In this document: piece after piece, positions 1 through 13,391 of the stretch
Position numbering within the stretch: position 1 is the first letter of the stretch
Layout of the letters: each line of letters starts with the position of its first letter
From: Octopus sinensis
Lineage: Eukaryota
Direction: 5' to 3'
Length of the DNA stretch: 39,416 nucleotides
Assembly: GCF_006345805.1 (NCBI RefSeq)
Contig: NW_021835552.1
Location: forward strand, 1-39,416
The notes under the pieces: model-generated
Seen by the model: only the letters and a program-made list of their open reading frames with translations
Database searches by the model: none
Told to the model about the DNA's origin: nothing
Translations under genes and position numbers: made by a program

Positions 1-820
1 CAAGCCGTCACTCAATCATGGAATCTTTTCAGATATTGTTTTGCCGTTTGCGGCTACAGAGACAGAAATTATACAGCTCATAATAATGTCGAATAGAGAT
101 ATGTTTTTAAAAATCGTTGCTCAGAGCTTTATATTTTATAAAATTTTTTGCACAGGAGCAATTTGCCCCTAACCTAGAACTTGTCCACATCAATGGACCC
201 AGAAAGAAAGTCGGTGTTACATCAAAGTTTTCGGTCGGGTTCATTTTTAGTATTCTCGTTTGTGAATACTAAACAAATAAACAGTCGAGTTTATTTCAGA
301 TATTTTCATTTTAAACATCGTCTCTGGCTAATCTTTGAGAGGATGTTGGTGTTACCTTGGCGGAGGTTTCCGCTCTCTGAGTGCTCCTGTTTATTAATAT
401 TATGTGACAGAATCGTTAACCTCGCCGTGCTAAATGCTTAGCGTCATTTCGTCCAGTTTCACGTTCTGGGTTTAAATTCTGCGGATGTCGGTTCTCCCTT
501 TCATTCTAACCAGTAAGAAGACCATTCGATGCGTTTGTGCTGGATAAATATTCTCTCTGTAGACAAAACAGTGTAAACACACCAGCTCAGTCCGGAGCGC
601 TTTTTATTCAGATAGATAACTATATAATACGTAGCATTGCTTCCGATTTCCTTCGCTCCGGTGGGTATAGAAGAAGACAATTATCCAGGGTCCCATGCAG
701 TAACACTGAATCATTTTCAAATCCTTCTTCGAATCCGGTGGGAGAGAATCGCCTCACAAATGTACGAAACTTCTACACGGAGTTGCGTAAGTAACCACGT
801 AGCATGATAAAACATTTTTA

Positions 821-1060
821 AAAGATCCTTCTCGAGTCATAAAAACTCACAGAATTTGTTTTCCGGTTTCCTTGGCGCATACATTCCACCTCGGGCCGAA
901 AGTCGGATAATTACTCAATTTTGCTAGCTGAGTGCACTGTAGCAACGTGAAATGAAGTGATTTGTTCAAGAAGAAAGATCGCATCGCCCGCTCGAGGAAT
1001 CGAAACCACACAATATACGATCATGAGTCCAATATCTTAACTAATAAGCCACGCGCTTCC
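821..1060 (-). mobile_element. Old tRNA-derived SINE
   Basis: The minus strand begins GGAAGCGCGTGGCTTATTAGTTAAG (A-box-like) and contains GGTTTCGATTCC (B-box-like). Its 3' tail is shared with the element at 24723-25014. Confidence 0.65.
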
Positions 1061-1399
1061 GCTATCATAACAGAGAGGAACAATCGAATGTCTAAAACCA
1101 GTGTAAGAATGAGAACAAAAGGAAAGAAATAAGGGAGAAATAATTTAAGATTCTAGTGTAAAATTGGTAAGAAATCTAAAAGAAGCCTCACAGTTTACAG
1201 ACGAGTGAACATATAATAAGGCTGGAGACCTGAACAGCAAGTATGTCTACCGATTGAAAGAACAGCCTGAAGTTCTGAAAATATTATTGCTGCATCTTAC
1301 AGTTGACCAATTTCTTCATTATGGTAATAAATCTCTATTATTTCGTAGACTAGACAACCACTGTTATGCTGTCGCCTCCTCAGGCTGATGTGTTGCTTG

Positions 1400-1941
1400 T
1401 GTTGGGTGGGAAGTCCGTTTGTGTATTCGTGTGTGTGTGTGTGAAGTTTGGGGGAAGTTGGTTGTGTAGGAATGTGTGAATAGTGTGGCCTGCGTGTTTG
1501 TGTTTATGTGTTTCTGTATTTCTGTTGGTGCTTGTGATTATATGTGTGTGTATGTAGTTGCATGTGAAGTGCGTGGTTGTATTTCTATTTGAACGTATGT
1601 GTGTACGTGCGTGTGTTTCTCATTATGTATACTAAACTTGTTTGTGCGTATTATGTAGGAATCTTCCATGTATGTGTGTGTGTATTTGAGCGTATATGTG
1701 TGTATATCAGTGCGTGGGAGCGTTTGTATGTATGCATATTTGTGTTTGCATAAGGTTCTGTATTGCAAATGGTATTTTCTGCAAGTAATATACGTACTTC
1801 TGTATATGTATGTGTGTGTGTGTTTTTGTAAAGATGCGTGTGTAAGTATGTGGGTTTGTTTTACATGTGCGGAGTAAATGTGTTTGTACGAAGAAGATTG
1901 CTGTGTGTGCATTTATGTATGTGAATCTATATGAAAACGCA

Positions 1942-2024
<83 letters not shown>

Positions 2025-2340
2025 GCTTACATGCAGTGAACGCCCTTAAACGAGTAACGTACGTTCTTTTGTGTGTAAGGAACAATGTGAATTCCCTTGC
2101 ATGCTGCGAATGTGTTTGTTCGAGTAATATGAAGAGGTATATACTTCTCAATGTGTGTAACAATCTGGCTGTGTATACCTTAGTGTATTCTCTAGTGTAG
2201 TAATATATTTGCATGAGAAATGTGTGCATTGCATCTGTATTTCTGTGTATATACAACTATCAACATGTGGCTTTCTATACATCCGTGTGTGCGTAATATT
2301 GTCGGTGTAGCCGTATGCTTGCTTGTGTGACCCAATGTGT
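1400..2340. repeat. GT-rich low-complexity tract with a pure (GT)n core at ~1945-2015
   Basis: Direct reading. Confidence 0.9.
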
Positions 2341-2376
2341 TTGTGCTAATGATACGGGTTCTTCAGATTAGATCGC

Positions 2377-2677
2377 GGCGCTCCGTCGGTTACAACGACG
2401 AGGGTTCCATTTGATCCGATCAACGGAACTGCCTGCTCTTGAAATTAACGTGTAAGTTGCTGAACACTCCACAGACACGTGTACCCTTAACGTAAGATCT
2501 CGAAGAGATTCAGGATGACAAGGCTGGCCCTTTGAAATACAAGTATAACAGAAACAGGAAGAAAGAGTGAGAGAAAGTTGTCAGTAAAGAGTACAGCAGG
2601 GTTCGTCACTGCCCTCTGTTGGTGCCTCGTGGAGCTTTAAGTATTTTCACTGAATAATCACTCACAATACCCGGTCT
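2377..2677 (-). mobile_element. tRNA-derived SINE, family C (head missing)
   Basis: Body and tail are collinear with the copy at 35221-35500 (…GCACGTTAATTTCA…CCGTTGATCGGATCAA…GTAACCGACG). It is truncated against a GT microsatellite just downstream of the B box. Confidence 0.85.
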
Positions 2678-2850
2678 TGTGTGTATGTGTGTGTGTGTGT
2701 TGGTGTGTGTGTGTGTGTGTAAGTGTGTGTAAGTGTGTGTGTGTGTGTGTGTGTAAGTGTGTGTAAGTGTGTGTGTGTGTGTGTGTGCATATAATAGGGT
2801 CTATTTATCTGGGCACACACTTGTACAACGTTGGACTTGCGAACATAACA

Positions 2851-3248
2851 TCTTTATATATAAAAGTGAAGTTGTGTGCTGTCTTCTCCTACGATTTAGA
2901 TTCCTAACTACTCCACATTTTTGCGGTGCATTTAACCCAAACCGGGTATCTTATAGTCGTGATTCATATCGAGCCCTTCTGGGTATTAGCGCGCGTCTAC
3001 GATGAGTCTACGATTTAAAAAAAAATTTACCATCATTTTTTTCCATTTTAATGCATTTTTTCGATATTATATAAGGGAAGTAACTCTCTAAAAATGTCTA
3101 CGATGAGTCAACAATTTAAAAAAAAAATTTACCATAGTTTTTTTCCATTTTTAATGCATTTTTTGCTATTTTTTGGCTATAACTCTCTAAAAATGCTTAT
3201 ATAGTTATTTCCCTTACAAACCCGAGCAACGCCGGGCGATACTGCTAG
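2851..3248 (+). mobile_element. Non-autonomous Helitron, 398 bp
   Basis: 5' A|TCTTTATATATAAAAG and 3' CTAG|T (3245-3248). Subterminal hairpin CCCG-AGCAACGC-CGGG (3221-3236). Inserted between A2850 and T3249 with no TSD. Internal ~101-bp tandem duplication (2995-3095, 3096-3195). Confidence 0.8.
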
Positions 3249-3639
3249 TCACATATAAATGTAGGAGAGAGAGTGGGTTTGATAGAATGAGAAGGTTACA
3301 TACTCCATGAAATAAAGGGGGTCGTGTTTACGCATCAATCTTGTGCGCTTGTTCGAGAGATTAAGTTATAAGATATATAGGAGACGGAGAGGCATATGAT
3401 CGTCGGATGCAGTGAGGGCATTGGTGCACGTGACGTTCTGTGCAGTGATGAAAGACATGCTGGGAATACATTAGCAGGAATGCACAAAGATGAGCAAGCA
3501 TATGCATATTTGGCAAAATATGGCAATACTAAAGCACATGCACTCACAAAACCACGCACACGCGCACAAGCACCTACACATATGAATACATACACACACG
3601 CACACAGAGTTAAACATAGAGGTATATGTATATTCATAT

Positions 3640-3869
3640 GTATATACATATATATATAGAGAGAGATGTATATATATATATACATATGCTGATATATACA
3701 GATATATATATACGTATGTATACATGTATGTGTATATGTAGTTAATGTATATGTATACATGAATATTATATATATATATATTATATAATATATATATATA
3801 CAGATAGATATATAGATAGATTCATAGATAGATATAGATATAAATATGATAGATATACATAGACACACA

Positions 3870-3902
<33 letters not shown>

Positions 3903-4335
3903 CATACAACACAACCACACACATACACACACATATATATATATATATATAATATATATTCACATAATCATATTGAAACGCCGTGCCCATAGTTACGCAT
4001 CCGTGTGATTTCAAGATAAATACATCAACGTAGACATGCCTGTGCTTACAGTATCAACTACAGAATAAGCTAAGCTGATATGAACTTACATACAAAACGC
4101 TTACCGTCCCCAAACATATAAACAGCCATCTAAAATCATATAATAATTTATATACAATCATACATGCATTCATATATACATATATATACATATATGTATA
4201 TACAAACTTGTGTGCTTATATATATGCGTGCGTGTGAATGCGTGTATGAGTGTACGAGTGTGTGAGTCATTGTGTGTGTACGACGGTGACTGAGCCTCGC
4301 TTGTGCATTTTCTGACAATACTCATTATAACCACA

Positions 4336-4380
<45 letters not shown>

Positions 4381-4547
4381 ATATATAACATACACACACA
4401 CACAAACACATATATATATATATACATATATATATATACATACATACATACATATATTATATATATATATACATACACACACACACACACAAACACATAT
4501 ATATATATTATATATAAATATATATATTACTAATACATACATAGATA

Positions 4548-4585
<38 letters not shown>

Positions 4586-4770
4586 AGAGAGAGATTTGTT
4601 AGAGATATATGCATATATATATATATATATATATATTAGAACTGATGGAAACTCGAAGTCATAGTCAACACAACCACACAAACACACACACACACACACA
4701 TATACATACATATGCACACACACATACACACACACACACATATATATATATGTATACTTAAATTATTGCC
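3640..4770. repeat. Compound (TA)n/(GATA)n/(CA)n microsatellite field with short unique interruptions
   Basis: Direct reading. Confidence 0.9.
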
Positions 4771-5750
4771 AGTATATGTGTGCCCGTGTGCGTATGAGTG
4801 AATATATGTGTGTGTATGCGTATGAATATATTTGTGTATGTGTGCGTGTGAGTATGTATGTGTGTGTATGCAATTATGCACGCATGTCGCATGTGTGTCG
4901 ATGTATTTTCTGAACGCGCCATGACCCGTAGAATACGTGTTACCGCACATGCGCACATCACGGCAGCATATCGTCTTCCAAGCAGACTTTGGCAATATAA
5001 TGTCTACTCGATTTGTTTCGTAAATTTATCTCTTCCATTTATGGTCAACGAATAATCATATGTTATGAGATTATATTGTTCTGTTTCAACGAGCCATTCA
5101 ATATATATATATATCTCCATTCTCGCTCAAACACACGCCACGCAACACATAGAAACTCACAAACACATATTTACACTTCTGTGAACACTTTCACACATGC
5201 ATTCACGCTCACACACACATACACACATCAACACACATGCATGGATATATATATATATATATATACTCTCATACGTATTTATGCACTGACACTGAAGCAG
5301 AACGTAAATGCTTTCACGCAGACACAACGGAGCACATATTAACATATTCATATATATAACATCATTCGTGTAGATTCTCTTTCATTTTCGTATGATCGAG
5401 CAGCAGACACGCGTATCTACTCACACGCATATATATACGTGCAGAGATACTTACATACAAACAGACAGACATGCATGCAATCTATGTGAGACATACAGAC
5501 ATGTTCACATAATCTATGTGAGACGAGGTGATGGCGATAGAGGCGTAAGATCAGTCCAAGCAGGCTCTCAATGTCGCATTGTAGCGCTCAGACAACACCG
5601 GCTGAAGAGTAAAGGAAGAAATGTGTAGGTTCCATGCATGCACAGAAGTGAGAGCAACGATATCGTCAGACCTTGAGAGGAACTACAGTGCAGGTACTCT
5701 GAGAATGCAACTGTTTCATGCGACCCAAAGCAGGAGAGGCAGGTTTCATA

Positions 5751-5966
5751 GGCGGTGAGCTGGCAGAAGCTTTAGCACGCCGGGCGAAATGCGTAGTCGT
5801 ATTTCGTCTACCGTTAGGCTCTGAGTTCAAATTCCGCCGAGGTCGACTTAGCCTTTCATACTTTCCGGGTCGATAAATTAAGTACCAGTTACGTACTGGG
5901 GCCGATGTAATCGACTTAATCCGTTTGTCTGTCCTTGTTTGTCCTCTCTGTGGGTAGTCAAGAAAT
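5751..5966 (+). mobile_element. tRNA-derived SINE, family A, monomer with TSD
   Basis: A-box-like TGGCAGAAGCTTTAG, B-box GAGTTCAAATTCC, central TTTCATACTTTCCGGGTCGATAAATTAAGTACCAG. Flanking 10-bp repeat AGGTTTCATA (5741-5750) / AGGTTTTATA (5967-5976). Confidence 0.9.
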
Positions 5967-6166
5967 AGGTTTTATACAAGCAAAAAGCTAAACATGGGGA
6001 CAGAGTGGAACAACAGTATTGACAGGAAGAGTAGCCTCTCCTGCACCTGCGATGGATATCTATAAGTGAATATTTATCATCTGAAAATTTTCAGTCTTTG
6101 CTTCCTCCAAATTTGCATGTATATATATGTATGTCAAACCCAAGTAGTTTTATTTGTTTACTAGGA

Positions 6167-6167
<1 letters not shown>

Positions 6168-6236
<69 letters not shown>

Positions 6237-6310
6237 CTCTATCTCTATCTCCCTCTCTCCCTCTCTCTCTCCCTCTCTCTCTCCTCTCTCTCTCTCTTTC
6301 TCTCTCTCTC
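6168..6310. repeat. (CT)n microsatellite
   Basis: Direct reading. Confidence 0.95.
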
Positions 6311-6710
6311 CCGCACATACACAGCAACACACTTTATCTTTCTAGCAATAGAAATGAAACTATAGCCTTATGAAAAGTGTAACTATTATACTGCTAAAAA
6401 AAAATCAAAAGTGAGTTATAAGGGGGTCTACATCCCTATATATGAGCAATGGCCAAGATTTGACCCTCCCCCTTCTTTCCTAGAACCTTCCCCGTGTAAG
6501 GTAAAACGTATATTTCCTTACTACCCATAAAGGGCTAAACACAGTGAAGCGAAAATGGAAACACGGTAGAGAAAAGCAAAAACGAACGAAAGTTCAACAA
6601 AGAGTATACATGTTACGGTGTTGTCTACCGTGTTCCATCTTCGGTGACAAATTATCACCAGGATATGTGTGTCTATGTAAACATATACCTATCATATACA
6701 CATATGCATG

Positions 6711-7092
6711 TAAGGCGACGAGCTGGCAGAAACGTTAGCACGCCGGGCGAAGTGCGTAGCCGTATTTTGTCTGCCGTTACATTCTGAGTTCAAATTCCGC
6801 CGAGGTCAACTTTGCTTTTCATCCTTTCGGGGTCGATAAATTAAGTACCAGTTACGCACTGGGGTCGATATCGACTTAATCCGTTTGTCTGTCCTTGTTT
6901 GTCCTCTCTGTGTTTAGCCCCTTGTGGGAAGTAAGGAAATAGATATCTCTTCTGGCTTTACAGTCTGGGTTCAAATTGCGCTGAGGTCGACCTTATCTTC
7001 CATACTTTCGGGGTTCCTGAAATAAGTTATCAGTAGAGAACTGGTGTCGATGTAATCGACTAGGTCCCTACCATAAAATTCCAGGCCTTATG
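6711..7092 (+). mobile_element. SINE family A dimer (full unit 6711-6942 with tail 1; headless diverged unit 6943-7092 with tail 2)
   Basis: Two B boxes and two central domains. The second unit ends …AAATTCCAGGCCTTATG (tail 2). Confidence 0.85.
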
Positions 7093-7096
7093 ACTG

Positions 7097-7348
7097 TTAC
7101 TTGTTTCAGTCATTTGACTGTGGCCATACTGGTGCACCGCCTTTCGTCGAGCAAATCGACCCCAGGACTTATTCTTTGTAAGCCTAGTACTTATTCTATC
7201 GGTTTCTTTTGCCGAACCGCTAAGTTACAGGGACGTAAACACACCGGCACCGATTGTCAAGCGATGTTGGAGGGACAAACACAGACACACAAACACACAC
7301 ACACACATACCATATATATATATATAGATACACATACATACATTATAT

Positions 7349-7395
<47 letters not shown>

Positions 7396-7562
7396 TAATT
7401 ATACTATACACGAACAGGATTCTTTCAGTTTTCGTCTACCAAATCCACTCACAAGGCTTTGGTCGGCCCGAGGCTATAGTAGAAGACACTTGCCCAAGTG
7501 GGACTGAACTCGGAATCATGTGACTGGTAAGCAAGCTACTTACCACACAGCCGCTCCTACCT
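7097..7562 (-). mobile_element. tRNA-derived SINE, family B (CORE-like), with internal microsatellite
   Basis: tRNA-like head, CTTGGGCAAGTGTCTTCTACTATAGCCTCGGG (resembles the start of the CORE domain), TA/CA microsatellite, and 3' tail …CAGTCAAATGACTGAAACAAGTAA. Confidence 0.9.
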
Positions 7563-8084
7563 GTTATAGAATAAACTATTATACTATACTTCGATACACA
7601 GCAGTACTCCGCAGACTTCTACATACAGCTTCTCGACACTTCATTGCAATATGCGATAGCATGAGACACTCTAGCAAAATAAAACAAACATATTTTTAAA
7701 AAAACGAAACGTCTTAAAATTATTTAAGTGAAGAAGAAAGATAACTCTCTTCTGAAATATATTCTATCTTTTTGAAGTTATTTCCCTTGGGAATTCGTTA
7801 AACAATATGGAATTCACCCATGGGAGAGAATAACTTAGAAAGTAGATTTCGTTAATTTACAATGAGAGTTCAATAATCAATAAGAGAAACAGCTGCGTTT
7901 TAATACTTAATAATCTACGGTGCAGCATCGCACCATCGCACCTTCCCAAGACACCATATGCTGTAATCAGTGGAATAATTGAATACTTGTGCAACTGACG
8001 ATTGCTTCGTAGAATCATTGTAGTTTCGATATGGGAAATGTTGTTGATGTTGTTTGGGTTGTTATGTTTTCTTATACTTTTGTT

Positions 8085-8520
8085 TCTTCTTCCTTTTCTT
8101 CTTTTACGTCTTCTTCTTCCTTTTCTTCTTTTTCATCTTCTTCTTCCTTTTCTTCTTTTTCATTTTCTTCCTTTTCTTCTTTTTCACCTTCTTCCTTTTC
8201 TTCTTTTCCATCTTCTTCTTCCTTTTCTTCTTATTTTCATTCTTCTTCTTTTCTTCTTCTTCTCCTCCTTATTTTTCTTCCTTTTCTTCTTCTTCTCCTC
8301 CTTATTTTTTTCCTTTTCTTCTTCTTCTCCTCCTTATTTTTCTTCCTTTTCTTCCTTTTCTTCTTCCTTTTCTTCTTCCTTTTCTTCTTCCTTTTCTTCT
8401 TCTTCTTCTACTTCTTCTTCTTCCTTTTCTTCTTTTTCTTCTTCTTATTATTTTTATTCTCCCTCTTCCTCTTCGTCTTTTTTTCTTATTTTTCTTCTCC
8501 CTATTTTTCTTCTTCTTCTC
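8085..8520. repeat. ~435-bp near-pure polypyrimidine tract built from CTT/CTTTT units
   Basis: Recurring TTCTTCTTCCTTTTCTTC-type units. Confidence 0.95.
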
Positions 8521-8574
8521 TATCGTTATATGCATGCATAGTTCTAACGGTCATGCCAGCCCGCCGATTTGCAC

Positions 8575-8644
8575 ACAGACAGACAGACAGGTAGGTAGGT
8601 AGGTAGGTAGGTAGGTAGGTAGGTAAGTGGTAGACGGACAGACG

Positions 8645-8683
<39 letters not shown>

Positions 8684-8861
8684 TGATTGATAGACAGACC
8701 GACAGACAGACAGATAGATAGATAGGTAGGTAGGTAGGTATATATATATATATATACACACATATACATACATATACATACATATATATTAATATATATA
8801 TATGTATATACATACATACATAATACATACATATATATTATATATATATATATGTATATAC

Positions 8862-8900
<39 letters not shown>
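8575..8900. repeat. Compound (GACA)/(GGTA)/(GATA)/(TA) microsatellite
   Basis: Direct reading. Confidence 0.95.
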
Positions 8901-8901
<1 letters not shown>

Positions 8902-10144
8902 GACGGCCATATTTCAGGTGCAGTCTACGAAATCCATTCACAAGCATTTGGGGTCGTGACGATGTCATAGCTAAAGGGCCCACGCAGTGGGACTGAACCC
9001 AGAACCAAGTAGATGGGAAGACAGTAGCTTGCCACCCATCCTTATCAACTTGGTTTAATGATTTAAATATGTATACGAATCAGGCCAAGGACTTCATTGT
9101 ATTGTATATGCATGTCAGTGTATGTTATTGTGTCTGTGTATATGTATGTATTTGTGAATGAGAGACATTGGAAGCTTTCAAAAGCTGAAAATGTTGACAG
9201 CTGTTTCGAACAGCTGATATATATACATTCATTTAAATTCATTCATTTTATTGGCAAAGTCCTTCCTACTTTTCAGTCATGCTATTCGCCTCGTTTGAAC
9301 TACGTGTACTCATTTGCATATATGGATGCGTGCATTTACCCATGTGCGTATGTGTGTGTGTACGTGGGGGAAGGGTGAGAGACAGAAAGAGTGATAAAGA
9401 CATTGACAGACAGAAAAATAGATAGATGTGTATATCGTTTGGCTAGAAAGAGCAGCAATATCTAACTGAAGTCTACCGAAACTCGATTCAATGTAATTAT
9501 ACGAGAAAACAACTCTGGAAACAACTATTCATTAACGCTTAATGAGTTTTGCGTTATAATTACTCCTCCATATGTATGGTAGCTTGTAATTTCAGTGCCT
9601 CTAATGTGGAAGCTTACATCGATCCATATTATATTTTACAAATGTTAAGCATAGAAAATTTGGCTAATTAGTGGACGATTTGTTTAGGTAATAATCTACA
9701 TCTGTATGGCGTTGTAAAATTATTTATGAAAATATGGAGTGAATTAAAATTCGCTGAAAAGATGGAATAAGTCCGGAAGATATCAGAGTTATTCCCCATA
9801 CTGCTAAACTTCGAACTCACTTTCGTCTCCTTGCGATTGATAATTTCGCGTGTTTTTTTATTAATAATAAATCATTTTGTAGAGTGAGGGATGTCAAAAG
9901 ATGTTTCACTGGAGTTTGAACACAGAACGTAGCGATTCGCGACAAATGTATGAATGCATTCTACCCGATGCTCTTATGAATCTGCCATTATACTGTCAGA
10001 AGTGAAATGGGAAAGAATTTTAATTTTCAATTTAATTTATTTAACGTTAATTTAATTCATAATAGGTTCTTCGTTGGTTTCGAGGATGAGCATTCAAGTT
10101 GGGCGGCCATTTGATTTCTTACTCGTGAAATTAAAGTTGAAGTG

Positions 10145-10357
10145 GCTGACGACCATGCTGGGGCACTACCTTGAAGAATATTTAATTGAATGAATCAATC
10201 AAATTACATTTTTTAAACCTTGCCGGACCGCTATGTTATGGCAACATAAATGCATTATTAATATCGGTTGTCAAGCGTAAGTCGGAGACAAACACAGACA
10301 CAAAGACACACACACACACACACATATATACATAATATATATATATATATATATGCG

Positions 10358-10398
<41 letters not shown>

Positions 10399-10575
10399 CG
10401 GCTTCTTTCGGTTTCCATCTATCAAAACATATATATATATATATCAAAACATATATATACATATATAAATATTCACAAGGCTTTGGTGGGCCCGAGTCTG
10501 TAGTAGAAAATCCTTGCCCAAGGTGCCACGTAGCAGCACTGAACCAAGCTTATTGCCACACAGACGAGTATACCT
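10145..10575 (-). mobile_element. Old, diverged SINE family B copy
   Basis: GACCATGCTGGGGCACTACCTT tail, internal microsatellite, and CACAAGGCTTTGG…CTTGCCCAAGGTGCCACG core, all in reverse orientation. Confidence 0.75.
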
Positions 10576-11260
10576 AGCTTAAAAGTCAAGCTTTAACATA
10601 ACATGATATGTGACAACGGTTGACGTTTGAATGCCAAGTTCAGTCTTCAGAGAGGCGGGGAAGAGGTAGGTGAGTGGGAAAGAGAGAATAGGAGAAAGAG
10701 TGAGTGAGATGCAAACAAACAGACAGACAAGGAGACAGAAAAATAGCGAGAGTGAGTGACTGAGACACAGACAGACACATATAGAATGTATGGGAGAGAG
10801 AGAGAGAGTTTAGGATCAACTCTAGTATTGGAGAGGTACTTTATTTCTTTAATAGTGCATGTTGGTTTCAAGTTTTGGTACAAGGCCAGCAATTTCGTGC
10901 TGGGGATGCGCTTTAAGTAGATTACATTGACACGTGCTCAGCTAGTACATATTTTAACCCCCCTGAAAAGATAAAAGACACGGTTGACCTCGGCTCGTGG
11001 ACCGCTGAGCCAAATGCCCCGAAAAGCAAGGAGACTATATAGAAAAATGGCGTAGTTGTTTATCTTCTGCTTCTGTATAAATACATTGAAAAAACAAGAG
11101 AGCTTATAATTTTTGACTCACCTTCGTATGATCCTAGCCCTCTTCATTAATGGGTTGTTGTTGTTTTTTGTTTTTTGTTTTCTAGACGTATGTATCGAAT
11201 TGGTAGGTGTTGGACTGTCTGTCAGCATGCTTATTGTGTGGTGATTATTTGTTTATAATG

Positions 11261-11345
11261 AAGGCCCGTGTCTTAGTGGTTAGTATTTTCGACTCACGAC
11301 CTTAATGTCGTGAGTTCAATTCCCGGCAACGCGCTGTGTACTCAC
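11261..11345 (+). mobile_element. Decayed tRNA-like SINE head
   Basis: GTGTCTTAGTGGTTAG (A-box-like) and GAGTTCAATTCCC (B-box-like); resembles the head of 821-1060. Confidence 0.55.
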
Positions 11346-11513
11346 AAGGAAAAACACATTAAAAAAAAAACGAAACTTGCAGCAGACCTTACCAAGTAAA
11401 CAAAGACAGATTGTGGAATTTATGATTAAAAAGAACAAGTCTGAGATTAACACAAATATCGTTTAAAATAATTTATTTATTTGCCTCATCACATACATTT
11501 TCTATTATTTCTT

Positions 11514-11964
11514 TAAGAAGAATCCGTGATGGAATTTGTAAATATTTTAACGCATTGCTACGTTCCTTTCAACATGTCACATTTTTTTGACGATCAAAGT
11601 TTGTAATCCTGAGATGATTACAGTGTAAACCGTAATATCCATGGACGTCGAGTGGATCTTAGTTCATGCGTTCATTCCATCAGGCGATATGGCATTAAAG
11701 TTGTAAGCAACGAATGTGTAACTGAAAGAAAATATATTTCAGATATACATTTATTGTCTCCAAATTTAATGCCATAATGAGAACCCCTGATGAGATGAAC
11801 GCCTGCACTAAGTTCCACCCGACGTCCATAAATATTAATGGTTATACTGTAATCAACAGTCTACCCAGGAATACGGACTTTGATCGTAAGAAACACGTGA
11901 CATGTGGAAACGCGCGTAGCGACGCATTAAAATATTTAAAAATTCCACCCAAGGATTATTTTTA
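11514..11964. repeat. ~450-bp imperfect palindrome (foldback/MITE-like), centre ~11735
   Basis: 11641-11684 is the reverse complement of 11786-11829 at 38/44 positions. Similarity continues outward to ~11514/11964 and inward to the centre. Confidence 0.85.
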
Positions 11965-12099
11965 TTATTATTTCTATATTTGTCCTGTATTGTACCGACA
12001 CTGCTCGGGGCAACCCCCAAAACACTGCTCTTGCGAATTGGTATCATTAGGCTGTTGCTAGCATAATAATACATGCTTTAAAACGTTATTTGTACCTAT

Positions 12100-12394
12100 C
12101 ATATATATATTATATATATATAAATTATATTATATATATAATATACACATATGTATGTATTATATATTGATATGTTTCTGTATCTAATGTAGTATGTATA
12201 TATGTATGTACGTACGAGATATATATATATATATATAATATATATATATATGTATATATATTATTCAAAGAAATTCCAACTCTGTTTTTAATATTTTATT
12301 TATATTCTTTATAACATTAATGTAGAATATAGAATATATAGTATACATAATATATATTAGTAAAATATATCCCTCTATACACAATCATACAAAC

Positions 12395-12428
<34 letters not shown>

Positions 12429-12693
12429 ATATATATATATATAGAATATGTTCATTGAATACACTTTAATATATTTAGAGTTAGAATATTCAACTGAGAA
12501 TTGTAATATAATAGGTAAAATAATCATATATCTTTCCATAGTTTAATAGATTGAGTGATAGATAGATAGATAAACACAAATAGATAGATAGAGATATATA
12601 AATAGATAGATAGATAGATATGATATAATAGATATAGATAGATAGATATATAGATAAATATAAATAGATTGATAGATAGATAGATAGATATAA

Positions 12694-12773
<80 letters not shown>

Positions 12774-12899
12774 GTAGGTAGGTAGGTAGACAGGTAGGTA
12801 GGTATCACAGAATAAATTTATGAAATTTATACAGTATTATATATTCCAAAGAGTAATAATATTACGATATGCTAATAATCAGCGCAGTGTAGTGATATA

Positions 12900-12931
<32 letters not shown>

Positions 12932-13251
12932 CGGTAAAGAAATTTGAGAAATTTGAAAAGAAAATAGGAAACCGGTTATTTTTTCCCAAAAAAAAGACAC
13001 GTTACTTTACACAAACTTTTATAACATTTTCCTATCATAACGATTTAAATATATTCTTTAACCATATAACACAAGTCTTCTGCAGTGTTTTCACTCTATT
13101 TTGTCTTGTATACATCCGACCTCGTGCTTTCACACACATACATACACACACACACATGTGTATATATACTATAATATATATAATATATATATATATATAT
13201 AGATAATATATATTATATATAATATAATATATATATATATATACATATATC

Positions 13252-13305
<54 letters not shown>

Positions 13306-13347
13306 ATATATATATATATATATATATAGTATGTATATATATATATG

Positions 13348-13391
<44 letters not shown>

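Noticed and set aside
3444-3520. GTGATGA, a possible snoRNA C box
   Set aside because: No D box (CTGA) at a suitable distance and no terminal stem.
5457-5603. Strong minus-strand acceptor ttcttcctttactcttcag| at 5602
   Set aside because: All three frames stop within 17 codons, and the only donor is inside microsatellite-like sequence; unsupported without RNA data.
8002-8602. Three overlapping ~180-aa Phe/Ser/Leu ORFs and an Arg/Lys-rich reverse ORF
   Set aside because: A pyrimidine tract lacks stop codons in every frame, so these are compositional artefacts.
11700-11737. Minus-strand acceptor-like tattttctttcag
   Set aside because: It lies at the centre of the palindrome and is explained by it; no matching donor or open frame.
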